Origin: Acidobacteriota bacterium
GTDB taxonomy: Bacteria; Acidobacteriota; UBA6911; RPQK01; JAJDTT01
Assembly: GCA_965209055.1 (NCBI GenBank)
Contig: OZ242374.1
Coordinates: 448,001-512,000 of the forward strand
Reading direction: 5' to 3'
Length of the DNA stretch: 64,000 nt
Below are positions 37,590 through 46,552 of the stretch, one piece after another. Each line of letters begins with the position of its first letter. The first letter of the stretch is position 1. Made by a program: the position numbers and the translations under genes. The notes under the pieces are model-generated. The model worked only from the letters and a program-made list of their open reading frames with translations, was not told the origin of the DNA and made no database searches.

Positions 37590-39431
37590 ATGGTACAATC
37601 CGCTCAAACCTGCAACAAGGCCGGCGCGGAGCGGCCGAAGGGCCCGGAACCGCACGTGGGAAAGAAGACGAATCCTCCCGTCAGAAGCCGGCTTGGCGCC
37701 TTCCTCTGGATCGTCTGCAGCTTCTGGCCGTCCGCCTCGGCCCAGGACATCCCCACCTTCAAGACATCGACGGAACTGGTTCTGGTTGACCTTGTGGCAA
37801 CCGACCGGGACGGCAATTTCATCTGGGATCTGCGCCCCGATGAGCTGGAGGTGCTGGAAGACGGCAAACGCCAGACGGTGACGTTCTTCAGCCTGCAAGA
37901 CCGGGGGACGCCGATCCCGGCGAGAGAGCCTGAGGGACCGGGGAAACCAGCCACGAGCATCAGCAGCGTCCCGGTTCAGACGATCGAAGAAGGGTACTAC
38001 GTCTTCCTGATGGACCTGCACAGCATGCCCTTCGACGCTCTGGGCCGCAGCAAAGAGGCCATTCGCAGCTTCGTCGAGTCGCGCCTGGGGCCGAACGACC
38101 AAGTGATGCTGGCCACCATCCGCCACCGGCTTCGGATCAATCAGGCCTTTACCAGGGACACGGAAAGATTCAGCCAGGCACTGGACAAGGTCCCTTTCGA
38201 ACCTCGGTTGGAGGGCAATCTGAGTCGTTTCATGGAGATTATGGACGACATCTTCGCCGACATGGGCGCCCTCGGCGTGGCCAACGATCCGAGCCTGGCT
38301 CAGGGGAACGTGGAAGAACTGGTCCCGCAGATCGAAGGAGCCATCCAGATGGCGGCGGGCGAATCGAGGCAGATCCTCTCCCAGATGGAAATCCAGGTGG
38401 CGTTCAGTTGCGCCGCCATCGGCGCCCTGGCCCGCCATCTGCGTTCCCTCCCGGGACGCAAGCACTTGATGCTGATCTCGGCCGGATACCCGCTGAATGC
38501 CCGCACCGTCATGAAGAACATCATCCGCGAGCGCGCCGCAATGTTCGCCCCCAGCCAGTACGCGCAGGTCCACATGCTGGTGAACAGCAGCATGGCGGGT
38601 TCGGGCCGGCGGACCAGCTTCGAGTCCCGGTTGCGGTCGGTCATCGACCAGGCGAATCGATCGCAGGTCTCCATCTACAGCATCGATCCCCGGGGCCTGA
38701 TGCCTCCGGCCATTTCCAATGCCGCGACCCGGCAGTCGGGAAGCCACATGTATGCTTCCCACTCGAATCAGGACATCACGGCTCCCCAGGATTTTCTCAC
38801 TACCCTGTCGTCGGGCACCGGCGGACTCTCCTTTCTGAACGACAACGACATGGCGCGCGGCATCGGGAAGGCCTTCGACGACGGGCGCAGCTACTACCTG
38901 CTGGGATACGCGCCCCGCGCGAAGCGGAAGCCGGGCAAATTCCACGAGATCCGGGTCAAGCTGGCGCGAAAGGGAGTCAAGCTCCGTTACCGCCAAGGCT
39001 ACGTCGACGCGGACCCGGAGCAGACGGCGCATGCGGATCTTGCCAACGCCTTCAAGTTTCCCGAACTGTTTCGGGACTTTCCCTTCCGGGTCCAGGTCAC
39101 CAACCCGTCGGGCAAGCTGAAGGTCCGCACCTTGATCCCCACGCGTTCGTTCGCTTTTTCGCGCAACGGCCGTAAGAACCGCTGCGTCATGGAGATGTTC
39201 GGCGCGCTGGTCGACGATTCGGGCAAGTGGGTGGGCGAGGACTTCCTTTTCTTCAAACGTCTGGATCTGGACCTGGACAGCGAGGGCCTGGACCATTTTC
39301 AGCGTTACCGGGATTTCAGCTCCAGCTCCGAAAAGGACGCTCCGCCGGGCAAATACGATCTGGTGGTGGTCCTGCGCCAGAGCCTTTCGGGCCGAATGGC
39401 GACCTCCACCCGCAGCGTCGTCGTGCAGTGA
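37590..39431 (+). CDS. VWA domain-containing protein (Acidobacterial VWFA-related family)
   Basis: TFKTSTELVLVDLVATDRDG..EVLEDGKRQ, LPGRKHLMLISAG, IYSIDPRGL, TGG, YYLLGYAP..GKFHEIRVK. Confidence 0.88.
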   Translation: MVQSAQTCNKAGAERPKGPEPHVGKKTNPPVRSRLGAFLWIVCSFWPSASAQDIPTFKTSTELVLVDLVATDRDGNFIWDLRPDELEVLEDGKRQTVTFFSLQDRGTPIPAREPEGPGKPATSISSVPVQTIEEGYYVFLMDLHSMPFDALGRSKEAIRSFVESRLGPNDQVMLATIRHRLRINQAFTRDTERFSQALDKVPFEPRLEGNLSRFMEIMDDIFADMGALGVANDPSLAQGNVEELVPQIEGAIQMAAGESRQILSQMEIQVAFSCAAIGALARHLRSLPGRKHLMLISAGYPLNARTVMKNIIRERAAMFAPSQYAQVHMLVNSSMAGSGRRTSFESRLRSVIDQANRSQVSIYSIDPRGLMPPAISNAATRQSGSHMYASHSNQDITAPQDFLTTLSSGTGGLSFLNDNDMARGIGKAFDDGRSYYLLGYAPRAKRKPGKFHEIRVKLARKGVKLRYRQGYVDADPEQTAHADLANAFKFPELFRDFPFRVQVTNPSGKLKVRTLIPTRSFAFSRNGRKNRCVMEMFGALVDDSGKWVGEDFLFFKRLDLDLDSEGLDHFQRYRDFSSSSEKDAPPGKYDLVVVLRQSLSGRMATSTRSVVVQ

Positions 39432-39474
39432 GCCCCAAAAAGCAGAGAGGCGAACAGGAGAAGAACATGCCTTG

Positions 39475-39503
39475 TTGACTCATGGGCCCGTTGTGGCTAC
39501 CAT
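39475..39503 (+). promoter_or_regulatory. Candidate sigma70 promoter TTGACT-N17-TACCAT upstream of the second TonB-dependent receptor
   Basis: Near-consensus hexamers with 17-bp spacing; AAGGAGGT RBS downstream. Confidence 0.55.
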
Positions 39504-39561
39504 GCTTTCAAGCAATTAGTCTGCATTCCCAGGCAGTCCGCACTACTCAAGGAGGTCGCTG

Positions 39562-42500
39562 ATGCATCAGGCACCTCGTCTGCGCCCCGGCATCCTGGCG
39601 CTCACCCTGGCACTCGTCATTTGCCTCTCCCTGCCCCACGCGTACGGTCAGTTGACCACGTACGGACAGATCGTGGGACGCGTCATCGACCAGACGGGAG
39701 CCGTGGTCCCAGGGGTCGAAATCACCGTCACCAACACGGAAACCAACATTCCCCGAGCCGCAGTCAGCAACGACACGGGGAACTACCTGGTGGACAAGCT
39801 CATCGCCGGTGTCTACGAGGCCCGGGCGGAATTGCCCGGATTCAAGACCCACGTGGCCGAGGTTCGCTTGAACACCGGTCAGGTGGCGCGTCTCGATTTT
39901 CTCCTGGCTCCCGGCGAGATCGCCGAACAGGTCACCGTCATGGGACAGACCACGGCGCTGGACACGGACACGGCGGACATCAGCACCACGCTGGACGAGA
40001 CCCAGATCACGGAGTTGCCCATCAACGACCGGAACCTGATCCTGCTGGCGGAACTCTCCACCGGTTCGGTCAGCGTTCGCTACTCGACGGACCCCCGCTT
40101 CGTCCGTGACTCGGGTGGTCTTCCGTCGGTCAACGGCCTGCGGCCCGACTCCAACCAGATCATGCTGGACGGCGCCGGCGCCCAGAGGCTCTACGATCAG
40201 CGGGCTACCGTGAATCCGACGCCGGAGACGGTCAAGCAGTTCAAGGTGATCAGCAACACCTTCTCGGCCGAGTACGGCCGGGTCGGAGGGGCCGTGGTGA
40301 GCATGACCAGCCACAGCGGCAGCAACGAGTTTCACGGCTTCGCCTGGGAGTATCTGCGCAACGAAGCGTTCGACGCCAACGGCTTTTTCGCCAACCGGAC
40401 CGGACTGGGCAAGCTGCCGTTGAGCCGCCACACCTTCGGCGGCGCCGTGGGCGGGCCCATCATCAAGGACAAGACCTTCTTCTACGCCAGCTACGAGCGC
40501 TTCATGGACGAGTCGAACCTGACCGGCTTCATGGACGTTCCTCCCGCCTCGGAGTTGGCGGGGAATTTCGGAGCGGGCGACGGGAAGCACGGCCTGAATC
40601 CCATCTACGACCCCTTCAACGTGGTCGACGGGCAGCGGGTCCAATTTCCCAACAACGTCATCCCCACCAGCAGAATCCATCCCGTCTCCCTGGCGGTTCG
40701 GGACAAGGTGCCCTGGCCATCTCCAAACCAGAACGTCTATCCCAACTACGCCTATCCCCACGTCATCGACCAGGTGAAGAACAAGGTCTCGATTCGAGGG
40801 GATCACCACTTGGGCGATGATTCGACGCTCTTCGGGCGCTGGACCTGGCAGAACGACCCGCAGATCTCCCACGGCTCGGCGTCGGCCGGATCCTTCGGCT
40901 TCTTCGTCGGGCGCGGTCGGCTCGGTGTTCCCGGGATGAGAAGCAACGTCTACGAGGTGTTTACCGAGCTGGAGACCGGGTGGCAGACCAGCGGCGGCTG
41001 GGTCAAGCCGATCGGGACCAACGTGGTGAACGAGTTGAACTTCACCGGTTGGAAGTCGGACTTCGGCAACAACAGCGCCGACACGGTGGACTGGTTCCAG
41101 GAGTTCGGCTACGACCTGGCGGGGCAGGACGGCATCTTCGCCATCGGCGACAACGGCCAGCGCGGTCCCGCCGACCTGCCTTCCATCGGCATCAGCGGGT
41201 ATTCCAACATCCAGGGCCAGGGCGAGTTCGACCAGGGCGACTGGGGATTCAGCATCAAGGAGACGGCCTCCTGGCGAAAGGGCAACCACTACCTGAAAGT
41301 CGGAATCGGGACTATTCGGAACATGAACGTGCGGCTGGGCTGGGTGAGACCCACGGCTCGGGTCAGCTTCAACGGCTACCAGACGGGGCAGATCACCTAC
41401 GGCGCCGACGGCGGCATCACAGGTTCCACCTTCGGCCAGCCCTACGCCGATTTCCTGCTCGGCACCGTGTCGGATGCTCAGGCCAGGATCACGGGAGGGG
41501 CCGGATACGGCCTCGGAAACTTCGGCGGCTACAATCAGTCGGCCTACAACTGGTTCATCAACGACGACTGGAAGGTCACGCCGGACCTCAGCCTGAACAT
41601 TGGATTGAGGCACGAAATCCCCCTTCCGGAGCACTGGCTGGACAACAAGGGGAACTGTTTTATAGACGTGACCGGAGGGCGGGACAACCCCGTCCACATG
41701 GTGCCCAAGGGTTTCCCCTATGACTCTCCCCTGGTGACCAACGGCCAGCGGGAGGTCCTGGTGGTCCCGGTGGTGGAACTGGACAGCCAGCGCTGCCGGG
41801 GGGTTCCTTGGCAGAGCTTCGCCCCCAGAGTGGGAATCGCCTGGCGGATGTTCGGCACCAACCGGACGGTCCTGCGCGCCGGTGGCGGCCTGTCTTTCGA
41901 CCAGGAGTACGGTGGCTGGAAGGTGGGCGTCGGCTGGGTCGGCCCCTATGTGGGCACCGTCCGCGGCATCCAGGCTCGGGGACAGGTTCCCGAGTACATG
42001 CACGGCGGCTTCCTGGACCTGCCCTCCACGTCGGCGGCCAGAGTGCACAGCGACGGCGCCTACTCGTATGACGGCAGCGGCTCCCAGACCGGCCAGGTCT
42101 ACAGCTACAACCTGTCGATTCAGCACGAGCTGTTCGACGACACCAAGGTGGAGATCGCCTACGTGGGCAATCAGGGCCGGCACATGAGAAATCATCGGGC
42201 CTGGAACGTGTCGCAGATCGCCGGACAGCCCATCATCCTGAACACCGGAGAGACGATCCGGGCGGAAGGGAACCGGGATATGAGGCGCCCCTATCCGCTG
42301 ATCGCCACCACCCTGCAGATCCGCTTCGACGGGTCGCAGCACTACAACTCGCTGCAGGCCAAGATCGAGCGGATGCCGAGGGACGGCCTTGGCATCTCGG
42401 CCGGTTGGACCTACGGCCGGGTCTTCGCCACCAACTACGCCGGAACCTATATCGCGGTGGTGCCCAACGAGTTCGACCGCACGCCGCTCAACACCCGGAC

Positions 42501-43050
42501 CAAGTGGGACCGGCTCCACAGCTACTACACGGCTTTCACCTGGAGACTGCCCATCTTTCGGAACGCCACCGGCCTCACCAGGACGTTGTTGGGAGGTTGG
42601 GAGGCCACCTCCGTCATCACCGCAGCCACCGGGTCGCCGTTCGGCGTCCGCGTGGGACGAGACGTGAACGACATCGGTTCCCGGCGCCTGTTGATGCCCG
42701 ACCGGTTGAGTACAGGTCAGCTTCCCGAGAGCCAGAGGACGGTGGATCGCTACTACGACGTCAGCGCCTTCGCGATACCGGCCGTGGGACGATTCGGCAA
42801 CTCACACATGTGGCCGCTGGAGGGGGATGGAATCAGCGTCTTCGACATCGGCCTCCACAAGGCGTTCGCCCTGGGAGAGGAAAAGGAGTTGGATTTCCGC
42901 GTGGAAATGTTCAACGCCTTCAACCATCCCATCTTCGATACGCCCGGTGGCAAGGGCGGACAGGACGCCATCGAGAGCGGCGGTGCCGGAAGGGTCTCTT
43001 CCGCCTCCCAGCCGCGCCGGCTCCAGTTCGCGTTCCGGTTTTCGTTCTGA
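39562..43050 (+). CDS. TonB-dependent receptor with carboxypeptidase-regulatory-like N-terminal domain
   Basis: GRVIDQTGAVVPGV, LPINDRN, SAEYGR, DFRVEMFNAFNHP and C-terminal RRLQFAFRFSF. Confidence 0.92.
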   Translation: MHQAPRLRPGILALTLALVICLSLPHAYGQLTTYGQIVGRVIDQTGAVVPGVEITVTNTETNIPRAAVSNDTGNYLVDKLIAGVYEARAELPGFKTHVAEVRLNTGQVARLDFLLAPGEIAEQVTVMGQTTALDTDTADISTTLDETQITELPINDRNLILLAELSTGSVSVRYSTDPRFVRDSGGLPSVNGLRPDSNQIMLDGAGAQRLYDQRATVNPTPETVKQFKVISNTFSAEYGRVGGAVVSMTSHSGSNEFHGFAWEYLRNEAFDANGFFANRTGLGKLPLSRHTFGGAVGGPIIKDKTFFYASYERFMDESNLTGFMDVPPASELAGNFGAGDGKHGLNPIYDPFNVVDGQRVQFPNNVIPTSRIHPVSLAVRDKVPWPSPNQNVYPNYAYPHVIDQVKNKVSIRGDHHLGDDSTLFGRWTWQNDPQISHGSASAGSFGFFVGRGRLGVPGMRSNVYEVFTELETGWQTSGGWVKPIGTNVVNELNFTGWKSDFGNNSADTVDWFQEFGYDLAGQDGIFAIGDNGQRGPADLPSIGISGYSNIQGQGEFDQGDWGFSIKETASWRKGNHYLKVGIGTIRNMNVRLGWVRPTARVSFNGYQTGQITYGADGGITGSTFGQPYADFLLGTVSDAQARITGGAGYGLGNFGGYNQSAYNWFINDDWKVTPDLSLNIGLRHEIPLPEHWLDNKGNCFIDVTGGRDNPVHMVPKGFPYDSPLVTNGQREVLVVPVVELDSQRCRGVPWQSFAPRVGIAWRMFGTNRTVLRAGGGLSFDQEYGGWKVGVGWVGPYVGTVRGIQARGQVPEYMHGGFLDLPSTSAARVHSDGAYSYDGSGSQTGQVYSYNLSIQHELFDDTKVEIAYVGNQGRHMRNHRAWNVSQIAGQPIILNTGETIRAEGNRDMRRPYPLIATTLQIRFDGSQHYNSLQAKIERMPRDGLGISAGWTYGRVFATNYAGTYIAVVPNEFDRTPLNTRTKWDRLHSYYTAFTWRLPIFRNATGLTRTLLGGWEATSVITAATGSPFGVRVGRDVNDIGSRRLLMPDRLSTGQLPESQRTVDRYYDVSAFAIPAVGRFGNSHMWPLEGDGISVFDIGLHKAFALGEEKELDFRVEMFNAFNHPIFDTPGGKGGQDAIESGGAGRVSSASQPRRLQFAFRFSF

Positions 43051-43058
43051 GGGAGAGA

Positions 43059-43168
43059 GGAGGGGGGGACGTCCTTGTCCCCCCCTCTACCGTGTTGGAA
43101 TCGTAAAGGGGAGACTAACGTCCCCCCTACCCCCTCGTTGCCGGGGACGGGAGTGTCCCCGCTCCGAC
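43059..43168. repeat. Cluster of three REP-like palindromes (GGGGGGGAC/GTCCCCCCC; GTAAAGGGGAGAC-TAAC-GTCCCCCCTAC; GGGGAC/GTCCCC-GCTCCGAC)
   Basis: Hairpins between convergent genes; 43103-43133 is an intact homologue of the site split by island 1. Confidence 0.75.
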
Positions 43169-43489
43169 GTCTGTCGTCGTCGCTGGGTCTTCCGCGCGCA
43201 GACCGACCTGAATCGTTACTCTTATGTGGTCGTCTAACGCACCAATCATCCTGATCATCCGGTCCAGCGTGAACCGTCCAAGATTTGCGTTTCGGATACG
43301 CGAGAAGTCGGCGGCTGCGAAGCCGGTGATACTCGCCGCCTTTCGCACGCTGAGACCGCGTTCGTCCAGCACGGCGATGATCCGAGCTGCGAGGATGGCC
43401 TTGGCCTGCTTCAGATCGGCCTCAGGGTCCCCGAAATCGCGAAAGATATTGCCGCTTCCCTCGACCAGTTCGAAGTTCTCATCCGTCAT
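43127..43489 (-). CDS. XRE-family HTH antitoxin (HigA-like)
   Basis: GSGNIFRDFGDPEADLKQAKAILAARII...AADFSRIRNANLGRFTLDRM. Confidence 0.85.
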   Translation of the reverse strand: MTDENFELVEGSGNIFRDFGDPEADLKQAKAILAARIIAVLDERGLSVRKAASITGFAAADFSRIRNANLGRFTLDRMIRMIGALDDHIRVTIQVGLRAEDPATTTDVGAGTLPSPATRG

Positions 43490-43629
43490 CACATCAGTTC
43501 CTTCCTTAATCGTCTGAGACGCGCCCGGATGAGGTCGATCTCGGATTTTGGCGTCCGGATTCCCGTTTTGGATTTCTTCTGGAAAGCGTGCAGCACCCAC
43601 AGCTTTTTCGCGATCTCGGTGACATACAC
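43489..43629 (-). pseudogene. C-terminal remnant of a RelE/HigB (Gp49-like) toxin
   Basis: VYVTEIAKKLWVLHAFQKKSKTGIRTPKSEIDLIRARLRRL; TGATG-coupled to the antitoxin; N-terminal half missing. Confidence 0.8.
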
Positions 43630-44894
43630 TACTCTCCAGGGCTCGATAGAGGCTTCATCTTCTCCTCGTGCTCCCGCGCCTTCACCGTATTGCCCAACCT
43701 GACGTAGACGGCGTGGAGCAACCGGTGATGCTCCGAGCGGGCGACCGAGCCTTCCCTGTCCGTTGGCAGGAGAGCCAGACGCCGCTCCAGGTCCAGCGCC
43801 TTTAAGGCCCAGGATTCGGCCTCATGGAACTGCCGGCGGTGGAAACTGGCGACGGCCATCAGAAAAGGGCCTACCGGCGCCAGGGGGTTGAGGTCGATGA
43901 TCTTGCCCGCGTGGGTTGCGGCCCGCTGAAATTGGCCGGCTTCCAGCTCCAACTCGGCCAGGTCGGCCAGGAGGCCGGCGCCGACAGTGCATCGACGGAC
44001 CGCCTTCCGTAACTCGGAGAGGGCTTCTCCCTTCCTGCCGTCGGCCTTGAGGCTTCTGCCCAGAAAGTTGAGCAGGCGGCAGTCGCCGGGATGGGAACGG
44101 GCGTATTCTCTTAACCGCCGGACGGCTTCGGAATATGAGCCCCGGAGCCAGGCCAGCCCGCCCCGATACAGGTTTATTTCAGCGTGGCCGCTGTCCAGCT
44201 CTTCGGCCTTCTTGATCGCATCTTGAGCCAGACTGGGCCGGCCCAGCTCCAGGTAGACGCCCGCCAGCTCCAGGTGCACGGAGGCGGATGCCTGGGGAGA
44301 GGCAGCCAGATTCAGCAGAGTCCGCAGCTGCTTCTTCAGATGTTCCCGCTTGCCGTGGAAACGAAGAACGCCCCGGCCCTCGTCGCGGCGGCCCTGCCGG
44401 AGGAGCGCCCGTCCCAGATGGAAGAGAGCCGGATCGTACTCGGGGTCGGCATCCAACACTGCGAGAAGGGCCTCCCCCGCCTCCCGAAAACGGCCCTCCT
44501 TCAGCTCGATGCGTCCCCGGTAGTACAGCGCATCGGGGTCTCCCGGCCGGTCGTCGAGTACGCGTTGGAACTCCTCCCGGGCTTCTTGATGCCGGCCTTG
44601 GTGGAAGTAGACGATTCCGGTCCGGGAGCGAATCCTCCAAGCGTCCTTGAACCCGGCCTCCCGGGCTCGCTCAAGGCTCTCCAGCGCCACCGCATAACGC
44701 CCCAGGACCGTCTCGCAGACTCCCTTCTGGTAGTAGAGCCGCGGATCGTTCCCTCCGCTCACCAGCAAGACCTCAATCTCCTCCAGGGCGCCGAGGTAGT
44801 TGTCGTCGCGCATCTTGGCCAGGACGCTCTCCAGCGGGTCCGGTGCGCCCGGGGAGGCCAGAGTCTGGAAGAGCAACAGCAAGACGGTCTTCAC
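43629..44894 (-). CDS. Tetratricopeptide repeat protein, secreted
   Basis: GTG start overlapping the upstream TGA; signal-like N-terminus; TPR repeats. Confidence 0.85.
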   Translation of the reverse strand: MKTVLLLLFQTLASPGAPDPLESVLAKMRDDNYLGALEEIEVLLVSGGNDPRLYYQKGVCETVLGRYAVALESLERAREAGFKDAWRIRSRTGIVYFHQGRHQEAREEFQRVLDDRPGDPDALYYRGRIELKEGRFREAGEALLAVLDADPEYDPALFHLGRALLRQGRRDEGRGVLRFHGKREHLKKQLRTLLNLAASPQASASVHLELAGVYLELGRPSLAQDAIKKAEELDSGHAEINLYRGGLAWLRGSYSEAVRRLREYARSHPGDCRLLNFLGRSLKADGRKGEALSELRKAVRRCTVGAGLLADLAELELEAGQFQRAATHAGKIIDLNPLAPVGPFLMAVASFHRRQFHEAESWALKALDLERRLALLPTDREGSVARSEHHRLLHAVYVRLGNTVKAREHEEKMKPLSSPGE

Positions 44895-46552
44895 GGTTCC
44901 TGAATGGAAAGAGTCTGGTTCAGAGTTTGGGGCGGCGTCACGTCCTGCGTCCTGCCGCACGGCCAGTCGATGCGGATCGAATCGACCTTCGTTCGTCGCC
45001 CCAGGCCGAAGTGGAGCCGCGGGTCGTTCTGGCTCAGGTAGCTGCTGGCCGAGCGCAGTTCCCGGGCCAGTTTCAGATCGCCGGCGCCAAGCGTCGCCCG
45101 GGCCCCCACGGCGTCCCGGTTGCAGTGGGTTCCCCGCAGCCGGAAGCGGATCCAGTTGCCGCCTCCCCCGCTGCGGTTCTCCAGCAGGTCGGCCTTGCCT
45201 CCGCAGTTGGTCACCAGCAGGTCCAGCTTGCCGTCGTTGTTGAAGTCCCCCACGGCCGAGCCCCGGGAGACGTTCCGGACCGAAAAGTAGGCCCCGGGAT
45301 CGCCGGCCTCGGTGAACCTTCCCTTTCCGTCATTCAGGAACAACTGGTTCGGCTGGCGGTACCGGCTGCCCGGATTGGCGCGGTCGGCCTCCTCCAGGAC
45401 GTGTCCGTTGGCCACGAAGAGGTCCAGGTCTCCGTCGTTGTCGGCATCGAAGAAGTTGGCGCCGAATCCCAGGGGAACGAAGCTGGGCCCCGAGAGCCCC
45501 GAGTCGATGATCCGGTCGCTGAAGAATTCTCCGTCCTCGTTCCAATAGAGGGCGTTGTACTGGAGCGAGTAGTTGGTGACCAGGACATGGACGCGGCCTC
45601 GTCCGTCCAGGTCGCCGGCGGCCACGCCCATGCCGGCCTGGGCCATGCCGGAGCCGCCCAGGGCCGTCCCCGATTCCAGGGAGACGTCCTGAAAGCTGCC
45701 GTCGCCCAAGTTTCGGAACAGGTAGTTTCCGGTGGTGTCGTTGGCCACGTACAGGTCCTGATCCCCGTCCCGGTCCAGATCCAGCCAGAGGACTCCCAGA
45801 CTCTTGCTGTAGCGGGCCTCCTCCCGCAAGCCGGCGCTCCGGGTCACGTCGATGAAGGTGCGTCCTCCCAGGTTCCGGTAGAGGACGTTGCCCACTCCGT
45901 CAAAGCCATGGGGGTAGCAGTAGATGGGGACCTGCCGGAAGTAGCACGGTTCATGGTCCTGAAAGGAGAACTCCAGGTAGTTGGCCAGGTAGAGGTCGAG
46001 GAGACCGTCTCCATCGTAGTCGGCGAAGGCGGCGCTGGTCCCCCATCGGGGATCCGCGACCCCCGATCGCCTGCTCACGTCCCGGAAGGCGCCGTCCCCC
46101 TGGTTCCGGTAGAGCACGTTGGGGCCCACGTTGGTGACGTAGATGTCCACGCGGCCATCGTTGTCGTAGTCGCCGAAGGTGCACCCCATGCCGTAGGACG
46201 AGTCCCCGGCTCCCGCCTCCCCGGTGACGTCGGCGAAGGTCCCGTCCCCGCGGTTCCGGTAGAGGCGGTTCGAACCGCGGCCGTTGACGAGATAGATGTC
46301 CATCCAGCCGTCGTCGTCGAAGTCCAGAAAACCGCCTCCGGACCCCATGGTCTCGATCAGGTATTTGGCCGCCGGATCGGGTTCGGCGACCTGGTTTCGA
46401 TGGACGAATTCCAGCCCCGCCTCCCGGCTGACGTCGACGAACCGGGGCGTGGCCCCGTCTTTCGCCGGAAGGTGGGCGTGGAGGACCAGAAGGAGGACCG
46501 GCAACAATCCCTTCGCCGGAGGCAACGGCACCTGGTCCCGAGGCCGGCTCAT
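44891..46552 (-). CDS. CRTAC1 family protein (FG-GAP + ASPIC/UnbV)
   Basis: ETMGSGGGFLDFDDDGWMDIYLVNG, DYDNDG repeats, SYLSQNDPRLHFGLG; ATGA coupling. Confidence 0.92.
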   Translation of the reverse strand: MSRPRDQVPLPPAKGLLPVLLLVLHAHLPAKDGATPRFVDVSREAGLEFVHRNQVAEPDPAAKYLIETMGSGGGFLDFDDDGWMDIYLVNGRGSNRLYRNRGDGTFADVTGEAGAGDSSYGMGCTFGDYDNDGRVDIYVTNVGPNVLYRNQGDGAFRDVSRRSGVADPRWGTSAAFADYDGDGLLDLYLANYLEFSFQDHEPCYFRQVPIYCYPHGFDGVGNVLYRNLGGRTFIDVTRSAGLREEARYSKSLGVLWLDLDRDGDQDLYVANDTTGNYLFRNLGDGSFQDVSLESGTALGGSGMAQAGMGVAAGDLDGRGRVHVLVTNYSLQYNALYWNEDGEFFSDRIIDSGLSGPSFVPLGFGANFFDADNDGDLDLFVANGHVLEEADRANPGSRYRQPNQLFLNDGKGRFTEAGDPGAYFSVRNVSRGSAVGDFNNDGKLDLLVTNCGGKADLLENRSGGGGNWIRFRLRGTHCNRDAVGARATLGAGDLKLARELRSASSYLSQNDPRLHFGLGRRTKVDSIRIDWPCGRTQDVTPPQTLNQTLSIQEP

